Source: a virus (taxonomy: Duplodnaviria; Caudoviricetes). Taken from it: DNA of 43,579 nt. The notes under the pieces were generated by a model. The model had not been told where the DNA came from. It saw only the letters and a list, made by a program, of their open reading frames with translations, and searched no databases. Below, piece by piece: positions 9,188 to 20,397 of this stretch. The number at the start of each line of letters is the position of its first letter. Within the stretch, counting starts at the first letter, position 1. Made by a program: the position numbers and the translations under genes. Where the stretch lies: positions 1 through 43,579 of the IMG/VR virus record IMGVR_UViG_3300016476_001398; one strand, written 5' to 3'.

Positions 9188-10611
9188 AACTTTCTCATTA
9201 CTTTGAATTTTATTTTTTCATTTTGTATTCTAGCAGTACCTAGCTCTTTTACTCTAAATTGTATTTCATATGTTTGATTGTGTAACAACCAATTTGTCTG
9301 CAAGTCAAAATAATTAGAAGGACATCTATCTATAACTGCTTGATTTACTGGACTCCAAGGAATTACTTCTAACTGCCCATTCATAACCATTCTATATTCA
9401 AGCGCATAATTTGTTTTTGGTGCATTTGTAGAAAAGTTAACTCTTAAATCACAATAAATTCTTATGTTTTCCTCTGTGCTTATTATGGAATCATTATCTA
9501 TTCCATATGTTGTTAACGAATATGCATTTACTTGAGGCGCATTTCTAGTATAATAACTATCTTGTATTACAAAATACTGAGTTATATCCTGAACATCAAT
9601 ACCTGGATTAAATGTTACACCTTCCCAAATATCTTTATATTGCTGACCTTTAGTTGCAGCACTCATCCACACATCAACATAATATACTCCTTTTCCAATT
9701 CTTGTAGGTGTTAATCCAGATTGCACAATAACATTTGCGCTATTTTTTATTGTTACTGTAGATGATGAGAAAAAGTTAGCAGCGTCATTTCCGCTAAAAG
9801 TGTATAAAAATAATTTACAATACCTATTGTTATTCACATTCAGTCTATCATCTATAAAAGATTGATTATAATTAACTTCTATAAATGGTTTAAATGCTGT
9901 ATTTGTATTTTCAGTATAAAAAGAAGATATATATCTAGTATTAGTACTTAGTAATTCATAATATCTCCCATAAGCAATACCTAAGCCATTATTTATAGTA
10001 CCTCCACTTAACCAATCAAAAACTATATTGGTTATATCCATATCTATATCTTCATCTCCTAAGTCGAAATGTTGAAGTGCGTAACTTGTAACTGCTGTAG
10101 ATGCAGTTGGGTTTGAAAAAACACCTGGTTCATCCCAAGATGACACCATGGTAGCATATTGCCAATTAGAATAACCAGTAATCAACGGATTTTCTCCTAA
10201 AGATCTAAAAGCGTAATATTCTTTTGTTAAATCATAACCCCTTCCTTGATCCCAATCTTTGTTTATAGGAAAACATATTAAATCAAAAGAGGTAGCTATT
10301 TTTTTATCAAGCACATCAAATTCGTACTCACGCTCTAATACTACATCTTTAGGTATGCTATTTTTCATCTTTAATTTAAATGAAGAAATATAATCTGTAA
10401 TTATCTCTCCATTATTAATTTTATCTTGCAAATCAGACAAGTCAAATTTAAGAATGTGCCTACTGTACGAATTTCTTTTTTGAGGAGCTGTATCAGTACC
10501 TCCTCCACCATACCAAAGGTCAGCTATCGCATTTTGTCCAGAATTATAATTTTTATATAATCCGCTAGCTATTGTATTACTTTTAATTGGATATACCCTA
10601 AAAACACTCAT
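9184..10611 (-). CDS. Virion structural protein with DNRLRE-like domain
   Basis: SRHILKFDLS, SSWDEPG, MDITNIVFDWLSG..NNGLGI, FYTENT..FKPFIEV pattern; late motif upstream. Confidence 0.6.
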   Translation of the reverse strand: MSVFRVYPIKSNTIASGLYKNYNSGQNAIADLWYGGGGTDTAPQKRNSYSRHILKFDLSDLQDKINNGEIITDYISSFKLKMKNSIPKDVVLEREYEFDVLDKKIATSFDLICFPINKDWDQGRGYDLTKEYYAFRSLGENPLITGYSNWQYATMVSSWDEPGVFSNPTASTAVTSYALQHFDLGDEDIDMDITNIVFDWLSGGTINNGLGIAYGRYYELLSTNTRYISSFYTENTNTAFKPFIEVNYNQSFIDDRLNVNNNRYCKLFLYTFSGNDAANFFSSSTVTIKNSANVIVQSGLTPTRIGKGVYYVDVWMSAATKGQQYKDIWEGVTFNPGIDVQDITQYFVIQDSYYTRNAPQVNAYSLTTYGIDNDSIISTEENIRIYCDLRVNFSTNAPKTNYALEYRMVMNGQLEVIPWSPVNQAVIDRCPSNYFDLQTNWLLHNQTYEIQFRVKELGTARIQNEKIKFKVMRKF

Positions 10612-10621
10612 TGCTTTTTTC

Positions 10622-10664
10622 TATAAATAGATTTTTATTTATTTTTTTTGACTACATATTTATA
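10622..10664. promoter_or_regulatory. Divergent pair of putative late promoters
   Basis: TATTTATA on the - strand (10622-10629, 10 nt before start 10611) and on the + strand (10657-10664, 18 nt before ATG 10683). Confidence 0.6.
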
Positions 10665-10682
10665 TTTAAAAATAAGTAATAC

Positions 10683-11072
10683 ATGGCTATAGGCGTTAGA
10701 TTCCCATTTCAAGACTCAACAGAAGGAGGTATGTTCAGATATACTAAAACATCTGAGGAAAATGTGCGTACCAATTTAATCTCTTTACTTACAACAAAAA
10801 AGAGACATAGAGTTATGAATAATGATTTATACTCACCATTGTATGATTATATTTTTGAACAATGGGACGACATTTCAAAAGATGAATTAGATTCTAAACT
10901 AAAAAAGGTAATAGATAAATATATTCCAGAGGTTACTGTTTTAACTATAGAATATACATTTGATGAACTAACAAATGTTTTAAATGTAAATATAGTGTAT
11001 GGAATTGAATATTTACCTGGAATGACTTATTCTGTTGAAGTTGGGGTGGTTATGCAAGAAAACAATTTTTAA
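10683..11072 (+). CDS. Baseplate wedge subunit, gp25/GPW-like
   Basis: GVRFPF, VRTNLISLLTTKKRHRVM, LYDYIFE, IDKYIPEVTV; 129 aa; directly precedes gp6-like gene. Confidence 0.85.
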   Translation: MAIGVRFPFQDSTEGGMFRYTKTSEENVRTNLISLLTTKKRHRVMNNDLYSPLYDYIFEQWDDISKDELDSKLKKVIDKYIPEVTVLTIEYTFDELTNVLNVNIVYGIEYLPGMTYSVEVGVVMQENNF

Positions 11073-11080
11073 TAAATTAG

Positions 11081-12937
11081 ATGGAAACTAAAATTCAAGT
11101 AAATTATACTAGTAGGGATTATGTCTCAATCAGGCAAGATCTTATAAATTATTTAAGAACTTTTTTCCCAGATCAGTGGCAAGATTTCAATGTTGCTTCT
11201 CCGGGTATGGCTTTAGTTGAATTAAATGCTTATGTAGGGGATTTGCTCTCTTATTTGGCTGATAAAAAATTTAATGAATTATTTTTAGATGGTTTAACTG
11301 AAAGGGTTTCTGCATATAGATTAGCCAAAACATTAGGCTATAAAGTTCCAGGTGTTAGACCAGCGATATCTATAATGGATTTATCTATAGAAGTTCCAGT
11401 TACTGCAGATGGTCCAGATTTAAATTATACACCTATATTAAGACCAGGTTTACAATTAAGAGGTGGTGGTCAGGTTTTTGAAACTTTAAACGAAATAGAT
11501 TTCTCTAGTGATTATAGCGAGGATGGCGTAGCCAATAGAACCATACAACCAATATTAAATGGTAATCAAGATATTATAAAATATGTAATTGTAAAAAGAG
11601 AAGTTATAAAAGCTGGAGCTTCTAAAGTGTTAAAGCGTGAAGTTTTAACTGCAGATGCTCAACCTTTTTATCAATTAACAATCCCAGAGCCAAATGTTTT
11701 AGAAGTTTCTGATGTTATAGTTTATGAAGGTCAGTTAGGTGTTACAAAAACTCCTACATACGAAGATTTTAATAACGCTTTATTAAAATATTATGAAGTG
11801 GATTATTTACCTACTAATAAAGTTTTTGTTGTAGATAGTAATTCTCAGGAAAACCCTGGGTTGTATGTAGGTAAATATATTGAAGTTGAAAAAAGATTTG
11901 AGAAAGAGTTTATGCCTAATGGATCTTGTATGTTGACTTTTGGTGGAGGTGAACAAGGTTATAATGCTTATGAATCTTTTATCACAAACTTAACAGGAGA
12001 AAAATGTCAAGGTACTGATTTAAATATTTCTAAAATACTAAATAATACAGCACTAGGCTCAACAATTCCACCAAATTCAACTATATTTGTTAGATACAGA
12101 GTTGGTGGGGGAACACTGAGTAATGTGGGAACAAATGTACTTACAGATGTTTCTAATGTAGATGCTCAATTTATAGGTACAAACTCAAACACTAAACAGC
12201 AAGTGGTAGGTTCCTTAAGAGCTTCAAATCCAATTCCTGCAATTGGTGGTACGGGACTACCTACTATTAATGAGTTGAGAAAATATATGGCTGCAAATTA
12301 CGCAGCTCAAAACAGATGTGTAACAGTGCAAGATTATACATCAAGATGCTATCAAATGCCTGGTAAATTTGGAGCACCATTTAGAGTATTTACCACGGTT
12401 GAAGATAATAAAGTAAAAATATATATTTTATCTAGAGAAGCAAGCGGTAGATTAAATGCATCTTCTACTTCTGATATTAAATTAAATTTACTAAGATATC
12501 TTACTCCTTATAGAATGATAAATGATTTTGTCGAAATTAATGACGCTAAAATTGTCAACGTTCAAATAGAGTGCGATTTATATGTAGATAAAAGCTTTAA
12601 TGTAAGTGAAGTAAAAACAAATGCTATACAAGTCATAAGAAACTTTATGGATATTGAAAAGTGGGAAATGAACGAAAATATATATATTTCTCAAATAGTA
12701 GACAAATTAAGAGATGTTCCTGGTGTAATAAACGTAGTGGATTTAAGGTTCTTTAATATGGAATCTGGAGGTTATTCTGACACAATACACTTTCAAGCAA
12801 CAGGAAATAGAAATATATTATCAACTGGTGGTTATAGAACGCAAATTCTTTATATAGATAATTCTATATTAGGAACTCCTTTATCTATGTTTGAAATCAA
12901 GTATCCAGATAAAGATATTCTTGTGAGAGTAGCCTAA
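11081..12937 (+). CDS. Baseplate wedge protein, T4 gp6 / baseplate J-like
   Basis: YTSRDYVSIRQDL, ELNAYVGDLLSY, AKTLGYK, YRVGGG..SNVG, AQNRCVTVQDY, VPGVINV. Confidence 0.9.
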   Translation: METKIQVNYTSRDYVSIRQDLINYLRTFFPDQWQDFNVASPGMALVELNAYVGDLLSYLADKKFNELFLDGLTERVSAYRLAKTLGYKVPGVRPAISIMDLSIEVPVTADGPDLNYTPILRPGLQLRGGGQVFETLNEIDFSSDYSEDGVANRTIQPILNGNQDIIKYVIVKREVIKAGASKVLKREVLTADAQPFYQLTIPEPNVLEVSDVIVYEGQLGVTKTPTYEDFNNALLKYYEVDYLPTNKVFVVDSNSQENPGLYVGKYIEVEKRFEKEFMPNGSCMLTFGGGEQGYNAYESFITNLTGEKCQGTDLNISKILNNTALGSTIPPNSTIFVRYRVGGGTLSNVGTNVLTDVSNVDAQFIGTNSNTKQQVVGSLRASNPIPAIGGTGLPTINELRKYMAANYAAQNRCVTVQDYTSRCYQMPGKFGAPFRVFTTVEDNKVKIYILSREASGRLNASSTSDIKLNLLRYLTPYRMINDFVEINDAKIVNVQIECDLYVDKSFNVSEVKTNAIQVIRNFMDIEKWEMNENIYISQIVDKLRDVPGVINVVDLRFFNMESGGYSDTIHFQATGNRNILSTGGYRTQILYIDNSILGTPLSMFEIKYPDKDILVRVA

Positions 12938-12975
12938 TTTTTGATTAATAAATATCTTTATTTTTTTATGTATCA

Positions 12976-12983
12976 TATTTATA
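12976..12983 (+). promoter_or_regulatory. Putative late promoter TATTTATA
   Basis: 14 nt before ATG 12998. Confidence 0.6.
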
Positions 12984-12997
12984 TTTAGAAGTTAAAT

Positions 12998-15900
12998 ATG
13001 ATACAGCAAGAAAATTTTCATCTAACACAGTCTAAGACTGGGGTCACTTTTTATATTTTTAGTGACCTAATTTTTAATTCTATTTCTACTGCACCTGATC
13101 AGTTTGAAGGGCCTTTTCCTACATATATTACATATAATAACTTAGGGATTATAGATTCTGTTAATTTTTTTACAGGAGGAACTCTATGGAAAAGAAATAG
13201 TCAAAATAATTATGTACCACTAGACCAAACAGGTCTTAATTATATGACAGGTTATACGGTAGTAAAAACAATACCTACTGATATGACTCAAGAAGGAATG
13301 GAGACAATGTCTCAAAACATGCTTTCTAGAATGTCAGACCCAAATAGACTCGGAACTCCACCTTCTGCTTCAGCAGCTACAAATTATGTGTTTTATGATA
13401 AAAAACTAATAGACGATTTTTATGTAGACGTAAAAATGCAGAGAAGCTTCAAATCTTTAGATACATTAAAAATAAATAACAATTTAATAAATAGCTTTCC
13501 AACACAAGAATCTCCTACGGGTGTTGTTTTTGGTAGGTTAATGGCAATTCAAAAACTAAAAAACGAACAAGGTCAAAACATTAAAATACCTTTACAGAAT
13601 GTGCCTATAGGTATATTTAATTCATCAGAAGATTTTCCAAATACTTTTTCTTTAGATGACAACGGGGATAGAATGACTTTGAATATAAAAGAATCTTCTA
13701 TTTTAGGAGATTACTTTAATGAATTAAGTTATAATATTGATCAAAATAGTTATTTAAAATCTGGGGAATCTTTTTCTGGGGTACCAGCTCAATATAAATA
13801 CATAACAAAAACAAATGAAAATGGAGAATTTATATTGTATGATATTCCAGTTGGTCAACAAATTGCTGTTCTAGAAGTAGACTTATTCAAACAAGGTTTG
13901 ACAAAAGATGAGATAGCATTAAATTTTTTCCCTTTCCCAACTATAGATAATCCAAATGTGGACACTGTTCCTAGTTTTGTATTTAAGCAATTCCCAATAG
14001 ATGTAGTTCCAGCTTGGGGTTTAACTCAAACTGGATATACAAGACTGGATGTAAATATAAATTTAGATTTAAGAAAGTGGACAACTTATATACTTCCTCC
14101 AGTAACTAATGATGATAAAAAGTTAGATTTAACAACAGCCGAAAATCAAGATAAAACTTTAAAGGTAAAAGTTAGAGATATGACTGCTCCAAAATTTGAA
14201 CTGCGACCAGTCGAAATTGTACAAATACCTAATGATTTAGATAGAGATGTGGGCTCTCAATATAGTTGGTTTGATGAATTTATTCAAAAAAGAACAACAA
14301 TTCAATATAACCGCTTTGGATGTCATGTTTTTAAATTACCTGGAAATATATGGGACCCTAATTCATATGCTACAGATAAAAATGGTATTCCTACAACAAG
14401 GAAAGGCGTTTGGTTATCTTCTTATCAATTTAGTATTTTTTTAACTGAAAATTTGGCATTAAGGTCTACTGGTGCGTTATCTTACTACACTCCAAACGGC
14501 CATTACATTAGAAGTCATTATTATTTAAATTATACAAATGGAAATGATACTGATATTGGAGTGCTTAGTAGTCCGCCTAAAGTAGGTGTATATCCATATG
14601 AAAAACCTTGGTCTGCATCTTATCCAGAACCTTATTCTATACCTAGAAAACCAACGCAACAAAGATTTTATTCTGGAGCTGATAGAATGTTACATCCAAG
14701 TAGTACCCCATCAAATCCTATTTATTATATAGAAGAACCTATTTTTTCTGATGGAGATTTAATTGGTTCTCCAGTTTGGGATTCTATAGGGAACGCTGGA
14801 GGTTTTGGAGTACAATACTTTAACAATGCTTGGTTTTATAATAGAATTGCAAACGTTGCTACTAAAAGTTATATGTATAAATATGAGAGTTCTGTATCTT
14901 GGAATGAAACTTATGCAAATGGGTATGAACCATATTGGAATACTGCCAATAGCCCATACTCATATACTGAATATCCTTTTGCAGGAATATCAAGAGTTGT
15001 TGGTGGCGAAAAATTTCAAAGATTAGAATGTGGTTATGGATATTTTGTTAAACCAGAAGGTTGGAGTAGAATAACTAAAGCCCCATGGTCATCTGATATA
15101 CCATATGATTTGTCTTTTTTAAATGGAAATGGTGTTTCTGAAAATCCAGGACCAGCTATAGCCCCTCAGGGTGTTCATGGAGGTATGTTTTATAGAGCTC
15201 AAAAACCTTTGACTTTATATAATCTAGAAAATGTAAATTTTGCTTTACATTTAGGTAGTGGATCTTTAATAAAAGAAGGGTCTTTAGATTTTTATAGAAT
15301 TATAGAATCAGGTGCTGATGCAAATGGTAATCTTACTAATATAGCAGAGTTTACCAATTTTGTTATTCCTACATACTCTACATTAAGAATAGAAGGAGCT
15401 TTTTTGTGTTATGGAATAAATGTTAAAAACAAAGGAGAAATCCCAGTAACTGTAAGAAATCCTTTTAGAGGAACAGTGCAGAAGTTAGATCCAAGCGGAG
15501 ATGTAGTTGAATATTATGGACCAAATCAGCTAGTTCCTATTGATGTAAATGAAAGTTTTGAGTTGGTAGATAATCCAGCCTCTGGAAGTTTCCCTTATGC
15601 TGGATCTCCAAATGGACATACTCAAAATGCATTAACTCAATATTTTTATGACGGAACTTCAAATATTAGAACTGCACAATATAATGGACAAAAATTGTGG
15701 GTAAGAGACACAGTTAGTTTTACGGCTTTAATATTACCTGGAAATTCTAATCCATCTACAGATAATGCAAATATCTATACTAGATCAAGATATGATATAG
15801 AAATTAAATACTACAAAAGAGGTTCTAGTAGTGTGTTAATAACGCCAAATCCAAAAGGCCCATTATCAGGAACTACTTCTTTGACAATTAACCAAGCCTA

Positions 15901-16330
15901 TCAATATTCTACTGGTATAGACCCTTTTGAGATTTTAAAAAACGATAGAACATTTTCTCAAGATTATGCTAATTATGAAGCTTGGAGCACTCAGCTTTCT
16001 GTCGGAAATAATTCTAGAAATGCTCAGTTAATTCCAAACTCTACAGTTCCAGCTGAAGGATATCAATATGGAACAACATCGTTTAATGGTATAGCAAATG
16101 TTGATGGGAGTAATATTTATAGAGTAAGAACGCAAACCAATGGGGCTGATCATGGTTTAATTCATGAAGGTATAGGTAAATATTTTTTCTATGGAAACAA
16201 AGAGTATTTTAGAGATAAAGATATTTATGCGTATACACCAACTCCTTTTGTTATAGAAGGCCCTGGATCATCAATTTGGGGTAATTATAATGATGGAAAT
16301 GAAGATTATGGTTATGGACATTATATATAA
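12998..16330 (+). CDS. Large virion structural protein with carboxypeptidase-regulatory-like beta-sandwich
   Basis: GVVFGRL..IPLQNVPI..KYITKTNENGEFILYDIPVGQQ; 1110 aa; aromatic/Gly/Asn-rich C-terminal half. Confidence 0.65.
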   Translation: MIQQENFHLTQSKTGVTFYIFSDLIFNSISTAPDQFEGPFPTYITYNNLGIIDSVNFFTGGTLWKRNSQNNYVPLDQTGLNYMTGYTVVKTIPTDMTQEGMETMSQNMLSRMSDPNRLGTPPSASAATNYVFYDKKLIDDFYVDVKMQRSFKSLDTLKINNNLINSFPTQESPTGVVFGRLMAIQKLKNEQGQNIKIPLQNVPIGIFNSSEDFPNTFSLDDNGDRMTLNIKESSILGDYFNELSYNIDQNSYLKSGESFSGVPAQYKYITKTNENGEFILYDIPVGQQIAVLEVDLFKQGLTKDEIALNFFPFPTIDNPNVDTVPSFVFKQFPIDVVPAWGLTQTGYTRLDVNINLDLRKWTTYILPPVTNDDKKLDLTTAENQDKTLKVKVRDMTAPKFELRPVEIVQIPNDLDRDVGSQYSWFDEFIQKRTTIQYNRFGCHVFKLPGNIWDPNSYATDKNGIPTTRKGVWLSSYQFSIFLTENLALRSTGALSYYTPNGHYIRSHYYLNYTNGNDTDIGVLSSPPKVGVYPYEKPWSASYPEPYSIPRKPTQQRFYSGADRMLHPSSTPSNPIYYIEEPIFSDGDLIGSPVWDSIGNAGGFGVQYFNNAWFYNRIANVATKSYMYKYESSVSWNETYANGYEPYWNTANSPYSYTEYPFAGISRVVGGEKFQRLECGYGYFVKPEGWSRITKAPWSSDIPYDLSFLNGNGVSENPGPAIAPQGVHGGMFYRAQKPLTLYNLENVNFALHLGSGSLIKEGSLDFYRIIESGADANGNLTNIAEFTNFVIPTYSTLRIEGAFLCYGINVKNKGEIPVTVRNPFRGTVQKLDPSGDVVEYYGPNQLVPIDVNESFELVDNPASGSFPYAGSPNGHTQNALTQYFYDGTSNIRTAQYNGQKLWVRDTVSFTALILPGNSNPSTDNANIYTRSRYDIEIKYYKRGSSSVLITPNPKGPLSGTTSLTINQAYQYSTGIDPFEILKNDRTFSQDYANYEAWSTQLSVGNNSRNAQLIPNSTVPAEGYQYGTTSFNGIANVDGSNIYRVRTQTNGADHGLIHEGIGKYFFYGNKEYFRDKDIYAYTPTPFVIEGPGSSIWGNYNDGNEDYGYGHYI

Positions 16331-16354
16331 TAAATAAAATATATTTTAATCAAT

Positions 16355-19216
16355 ATGGACGAAAAATATAAAATATTACTTGGGGAAGAAGATTTTATAG
16401 CAAGAGATAATGAAGATTTGTATTTAAATATAAATCTAAACAGAACATTTTCAGAATATAAAAAAGAAAGATATGATAATGACTTTGATTTATCCGAACA
16501 ATTCAAAAAAGAAAGAAATGCTTCTAGAGATTTCAGAGTTTATGGAATAGTTGACTCCAATGTAATAGATACAAGCAATATACCTATTAGAGTTTATTCA
16601 GACTCTGGTACAACTAATTTTATAACCCAAGTTCAAACTACAAACATGAACTTTGGTCATAATATTAATGTCTTCAACAAAAAAGTAGGAAAGTACTATC
16701 TTAAATTAAATAACTTTACAGGAACATCTGTCTATTTTAAAATAATGGGCAACAATGATTTTTTAGCAACTCAAGTTTTTGAACAAAAATTAGTTTTTTA
16801 TGATTCAGACAATCAATTTATTTCATACGGAACAAACAATGTAGATTTAGATGATAATTTAAATTCGATTGAAATAAACAATGATTTTCCATTCTTTTAT
16901 AACAAACATTGGGTAAAGAAAAATATAAGCCTACAAGAAACAAAATATCCTGTAATTAATTTTTCAGGTTCTAGTTATACACTAAAAGAAGGTCAAAAAA
17001 AAGATATTATTATTTTTCTAGATAAACCTAGTCCTTTTGGAAATGAAAAATTTGAATTTTCTTTTGCTACAGGAGGAACTGCTACAAATTTATCAGATTT
17101 TCTAGTTTACGAAAATTCAACATCAAATATATTTCCAGGAACAGTTCAATTACAATTTGCACCTGGTGAACAATATAAAAAAATATCATTTAGTGCATCT
17201 ACAGATAATACTGTAGAAGTAATTGAATATTATGATTTTGTGTTGAAAAATTTTGTTAAAGTAAAACCAGGAATATCTTTAAATTATAGAATAAACATAG
17301 AAAGTGTAGAACAATTAAAATATGCAAATTATGAAATAACAAATTTATTTGAAAATAGAGCGCCATTTGTAGGAATTACAAATCCATCTTTAGATGCAAG
17401 TTCTTTTTTAAATTCAACCATTTCAAACTCAAACACCTTTGTTTTAAATTCAAACCCTCCACTTTCAGCACCTTCTGTAATTAGAAATGGTTTGTTTTAT
17501 AATGCTGCACAAAATGAATTTTATCCATTAGATGAAGTGGAAGTGGAAATTACAAACTCTTCCACAGCTACAACTATTTTTCCTGCTGTTTCAGGATTGG
17601 GAAATACTACGGATGAATTTTGGTTTGCAGGTCAATCAAAATTTTTCACATTTAAACCTCAATATACAGGCGCCAGTTTTTTAAACGAAGTTCATATCAA
17701 ACTTCCCCCTACCCTAAACAACACTGTAAGTCTTAGTATGGGTAGTATATTTGGATCATTACCAAATTCTAGTTTAAAGCAATCTGCAATATATGTATTA
17801 GGAAATCTGTCAATTAATGGATTTAAATTAAAAATAGACGACATAAACAACTTTCAAATACCTCTTACAACACCATCAAGTTATAGTGTGTGTTATGATT
17901 GTATAAAGAAATTGATTGGTGGGGGAAGTTTAGATATATACCAAAATAAAGGTATTTTTAAGCCATTTACTGTTACGTTTGATGATGCTAATTACACTGT
18001 AAAATTAAAAGCAAAAAGTTTTGGAGTCAGAATAGATGTAAACAATAACGTACATAAACTATCTTCAACTGCACTTCCTTCTGTGTCTATAATAATGCCA
18101 TATGAATATCCGACTCAACTTCCATTTAAATTTAAACTGGTAGGCAATATCAATAATGGCTATACTTCAAAATACACTTTTAAATTTAGAAAACCTGGAT
18201 ATAAAGATTTAATCATGTTCTCTACAGCGCAAGCTAGTGTGAATGGAACTGATAATTTTTTAGTTACAGCTGTAAATAATATACTTCATACATGGGATGA
18301 GTTAGCAGACTCTGGAAATGGAAGACCTATTGCATATAGTGGAACTCCTTTTATATTCCCAGATTTTAATGCAGAAGGAAAAGTGTATTTACCTCCAACA
18401 AATAATTTATATTATAAAGGCTTGCTTTTGTTGAACACATTTGATGTAAACGAAAATTCAAGCATTAAAAATTTAACAAAATATGGAACTGATGATTTTA
18501 CATTATCTACTTCACCTCTTGTTGTAGATTCTGCTAGATGGTATCAAAACCCTTTGCCTTTATTAGAAAAAACTTATAAAGAATTTTCCAATCAGACCGT
18601 GAAGCAAAAATCGATGTTAAGGATAAAAACACCGCCAAACGTTGTAGGTCTTTTAAATTCTAAATTCTTTTATTCTTTTGATTTTTCAAACGGAAACAGC
18701 TCTAGTTATTCATCTTTTTATTGGATGGGTGGTGTAAATGCTATTAAGGTATTAAACCCTTCATTAGCTTCTACACAAGCAACGCCTTATATAAGCGGTA
18801 CTACAATAACAACTCCTAGAACATCTTTAGGGGTGGCAAAAGAATTAAACTTTGGTAACACATCTACCCCTTTTGTTGCGCCAGGTCCTGTGAATATAAC
18901 TAAAGGTAAAGCTAAAAAAGTGAATAACTTTTATTCTCCATACTACCCTAGCCCATATTTAGCATCTTCTTCTTTTCCTTTTATAAATTATATGCTTCCA
19001 ACTCCTACAGACGTTTATGATTTAGTATTTGAATCTAAAGTTGCAGGAACTCCGTTTTATATAAAAAATATTATAAATAGAGAAATTGTAGATCCAACCA
19101 CATCTAATTCAAATGCGGAGTTAATATATATGCCTATTTATTATAATGAAATACAAGGTGTAACAAAAAATCCTTATAATAATTTTATGGGAGGATTCTC
19201 TTTAATTCCTTTGTAA
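16355..19216 (+). CDS. Virion structural protein with Calx-beta domain
   Basis: PVINFSGSSYTLKEG...GGTATNLSDF...LQFAPGEQYKKI...DNTVEVIEYYDFVL Calx-beta pattern. Confidence 0.7.
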   Translation: MDEKYKILLGEEDFIARDNEDLYLNINLNRTFSEYKKERYDNDFDLSEQFKKERNASRDFRVYGIVDSNVIDTSNIPIRVYSDSGTTNFITQVQTTNMNFGHNINVFNKKVGKYYLKLNNFTGTSVYFKIMGNNDFLATQVFEQKLVFYDSDNQFISYGTNNVDLDDNLNSIEINNDFPFFYNKHWVKKNISLQETKYPVINFSGSSYTLKEGQKKDIIIFLDKPSPFGNEKFEFSFATGGTATNLSDFLVYENSTSNIFPGTVQLQFAPGEQYKKISFSASTDNTVEVIEYYDFVLKNFVKVKPGISLNYRINIESVEQLKYANYEITNLFENRAPFVGITNPSLDASSFLNSTISNSNTFVLNSNPPLSAPSVIRNGLFYNAAQNEFYPLDEVEVEITNSSTATTIFPAVSGLGNTTDEFWFAGQSKFFTFKPQYTGASFLNEVHIKLPPTLNNTVSLSMGSIFGSLPNSSLKQSAIYVLGNLSINGFKLKIDDINNFQIPLTTPSSYSVCYDCIKKLIGGGSLDIYQNKGIFKPFTVTFDDANYTVKLKAKSFGVRIDVNNNVHKLSSTALPSVSIIMPYEYPTQLPFKFKLVGNINNGYTSKYTFKFRKPGYKDLIMFSTAQASVNGTDNFLVTAVNNILHTWDELADSGNGRPIAYSGTPFIFPDFNAEGKVYLPPTNNLYYKGLLLLNTFDVNENSSIKNLTKYGTDDFTLSTSPLVVDSARWYQNPLPLLEKTYKEFSNQTVKQKSMLRIKTPPNVVGLLNSKFFYSFDFSNGNSSSYSSFYWMGGVNAIKVLNPSLASTQATPYISGTTITTPRTSLGVAKELNFGNTSTPFVAPGPVNITKGKAKKVNNFYSPYYPSPYLASSSFPFINYMLPTPTDVYDLVFESKVAGTPFYIKNIINREIVDPTTSNSNAELIYMPIYYNEIQGVTKNPYNNFMGGFSLIPL

Positions 19217-19229
19217 AATTAATATTTAA

Positions 19230-19237
19230 TATTTATA
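19230..19237 (+). promoter_or_regulatory. Putative late promoter TATTTATA
   Basis: 6 nt before ATG 19244. Confidence 0.55.
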
Positions 19238-19243
19238 ATTAAG

Positions 19244-19762
19244 ATGTCTTTATACGATAACATAGATAAATACGAAGTATATGCAAAAGTTGCTCCTACC
19301 ACAGCATCAACTTTTGGTTATGGTTTTGTTCATTCAGACCATAATATATATCCTCATATACAATCTGATTTATTTTTCAATATATTTTTAACTAAAAAAT
19401 ATGATTATTATGAATATGTAGATGTTAAAAGAGATGATAAAATTATACCAATACAAAGACAAGAATTAAATCCATATTTTATTGAACTATCGTTTTTTGA
19501 TTTTGTTGATCGTGTAGGTATAGCGAATGGTTACCAACTAACAAATTCAATGGTTCAATTTATAAGAACTGTAAGACCTGATTTAGTTAATAAAACAGAT
19601 TCAGAAATAAGAGAATGGTTTGATAAAGTAGGTTATTATGAATTGCCATGGAATAAAGGTCAAGCTAACGAAACTACTCTAGGGATGATAGAAGACCAAG
19701 GTATATTGATTAATACCATTATGGGTAGATCTAAAATATTTAATATAGACGTAAATTTATAA
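19244..19762 (+). CDS. Hypothetical virion-associated protein
   Basis: 172-aa ORF with late motif upstream. Confidence 0.7.
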   Translation: MSLYDNIDKYEVYAKVAPTTASTFGYGFVHSDHNIYPHIQSDLFFNIFLTKKYDYYEYVDVKRDDKIIPIQRQELNPYFIELSFFDFVDRVGIANGYQLTNSMVQFIRTVRPDLVNKTDSEIREWFDKVGYYELPWNKGQANETTLGMIEDQGILINTIMGRSKIFNIDVNL

Positions 19763-19764
19763 AA

Positions 19765-20397
19765 ATGCAAAGACATACTATTTTGATGAATCCTAGGTTT
19801 ACGGCTAATACCATAAGCAATATTGCTACCATGCCTGGTAGTGGTCAAAATTTTATGGTAAATGAAGATAATTATTATTTGAATAATATAGCAGGATTAA
19901 ACTTAGGGGTTGTAAACCCAACTAACGTAAGGGCTTATTTAAACAACCCATCAAATCAAACTATAATAAATGATTTTTTTGCATACTTAACTGGAAATAC
20001 AACTCATAGTGAGTTTTTAGAAATATTTTATAGTGATCAAAAACTATCTAATGTTTTTAATAGTTATTATTCTCAGTCTGTTTTCTCAGGACAACCATCA
20101 AGTACTTATTATCTTCAAGCTGAATTAACAGGAGCTACACACATTACAACTAAATATAGCAATTTTAATTGGGATGGATATTCTTTAACAAAAAACCCTT
20201 TTACTGGTTTAACAGAAGAAATAGTTGGAGCTTCTAGGTTTGTAGTAGAATCAGATGCAATATACACTTACACGGAAGATGAAAGTTACTACGTTCCAGT
20301 TTTTATAAAACTTAATTATATAGGAACTGATAGGCAAACTTTTGACTTATGTGATGAGGTAATAAATACTTTAATTAATAGTTATATAATAACTTAA
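19765..20397 (+). CDS. Hypothetical virion-associated protein
   Basis: 210-aa ORF, TAATG-coupled to the next gene. Confidence 0.7.
   Translation: MQRHTILMNPRFTANTISNIATMPGSGQNFMVNEDNYYLNNIAGLNLGVVNPTNVRAYLNNPSNQTIINDFFAYLTGNTTHSEFLEIFYSDQKLSNVFNSYYSQSVFSGQPSSTYYLQAELTGATHITTKYSNFNWDGYSLTKNPFTGLTEEIVGASRFVVESDAIYTYTEDESYYVPVFIKLNYIGTDRQTFDLCDEVINTLINSYIIT

Noticed and set aside
8192-12937. Bacterial contractile injection system (T6SS/eCIS/tailocin)
   Set aside because: Context includes phage primase, RuvC, A1 and a late sigma factor, with no bacterial housekeeping genes.
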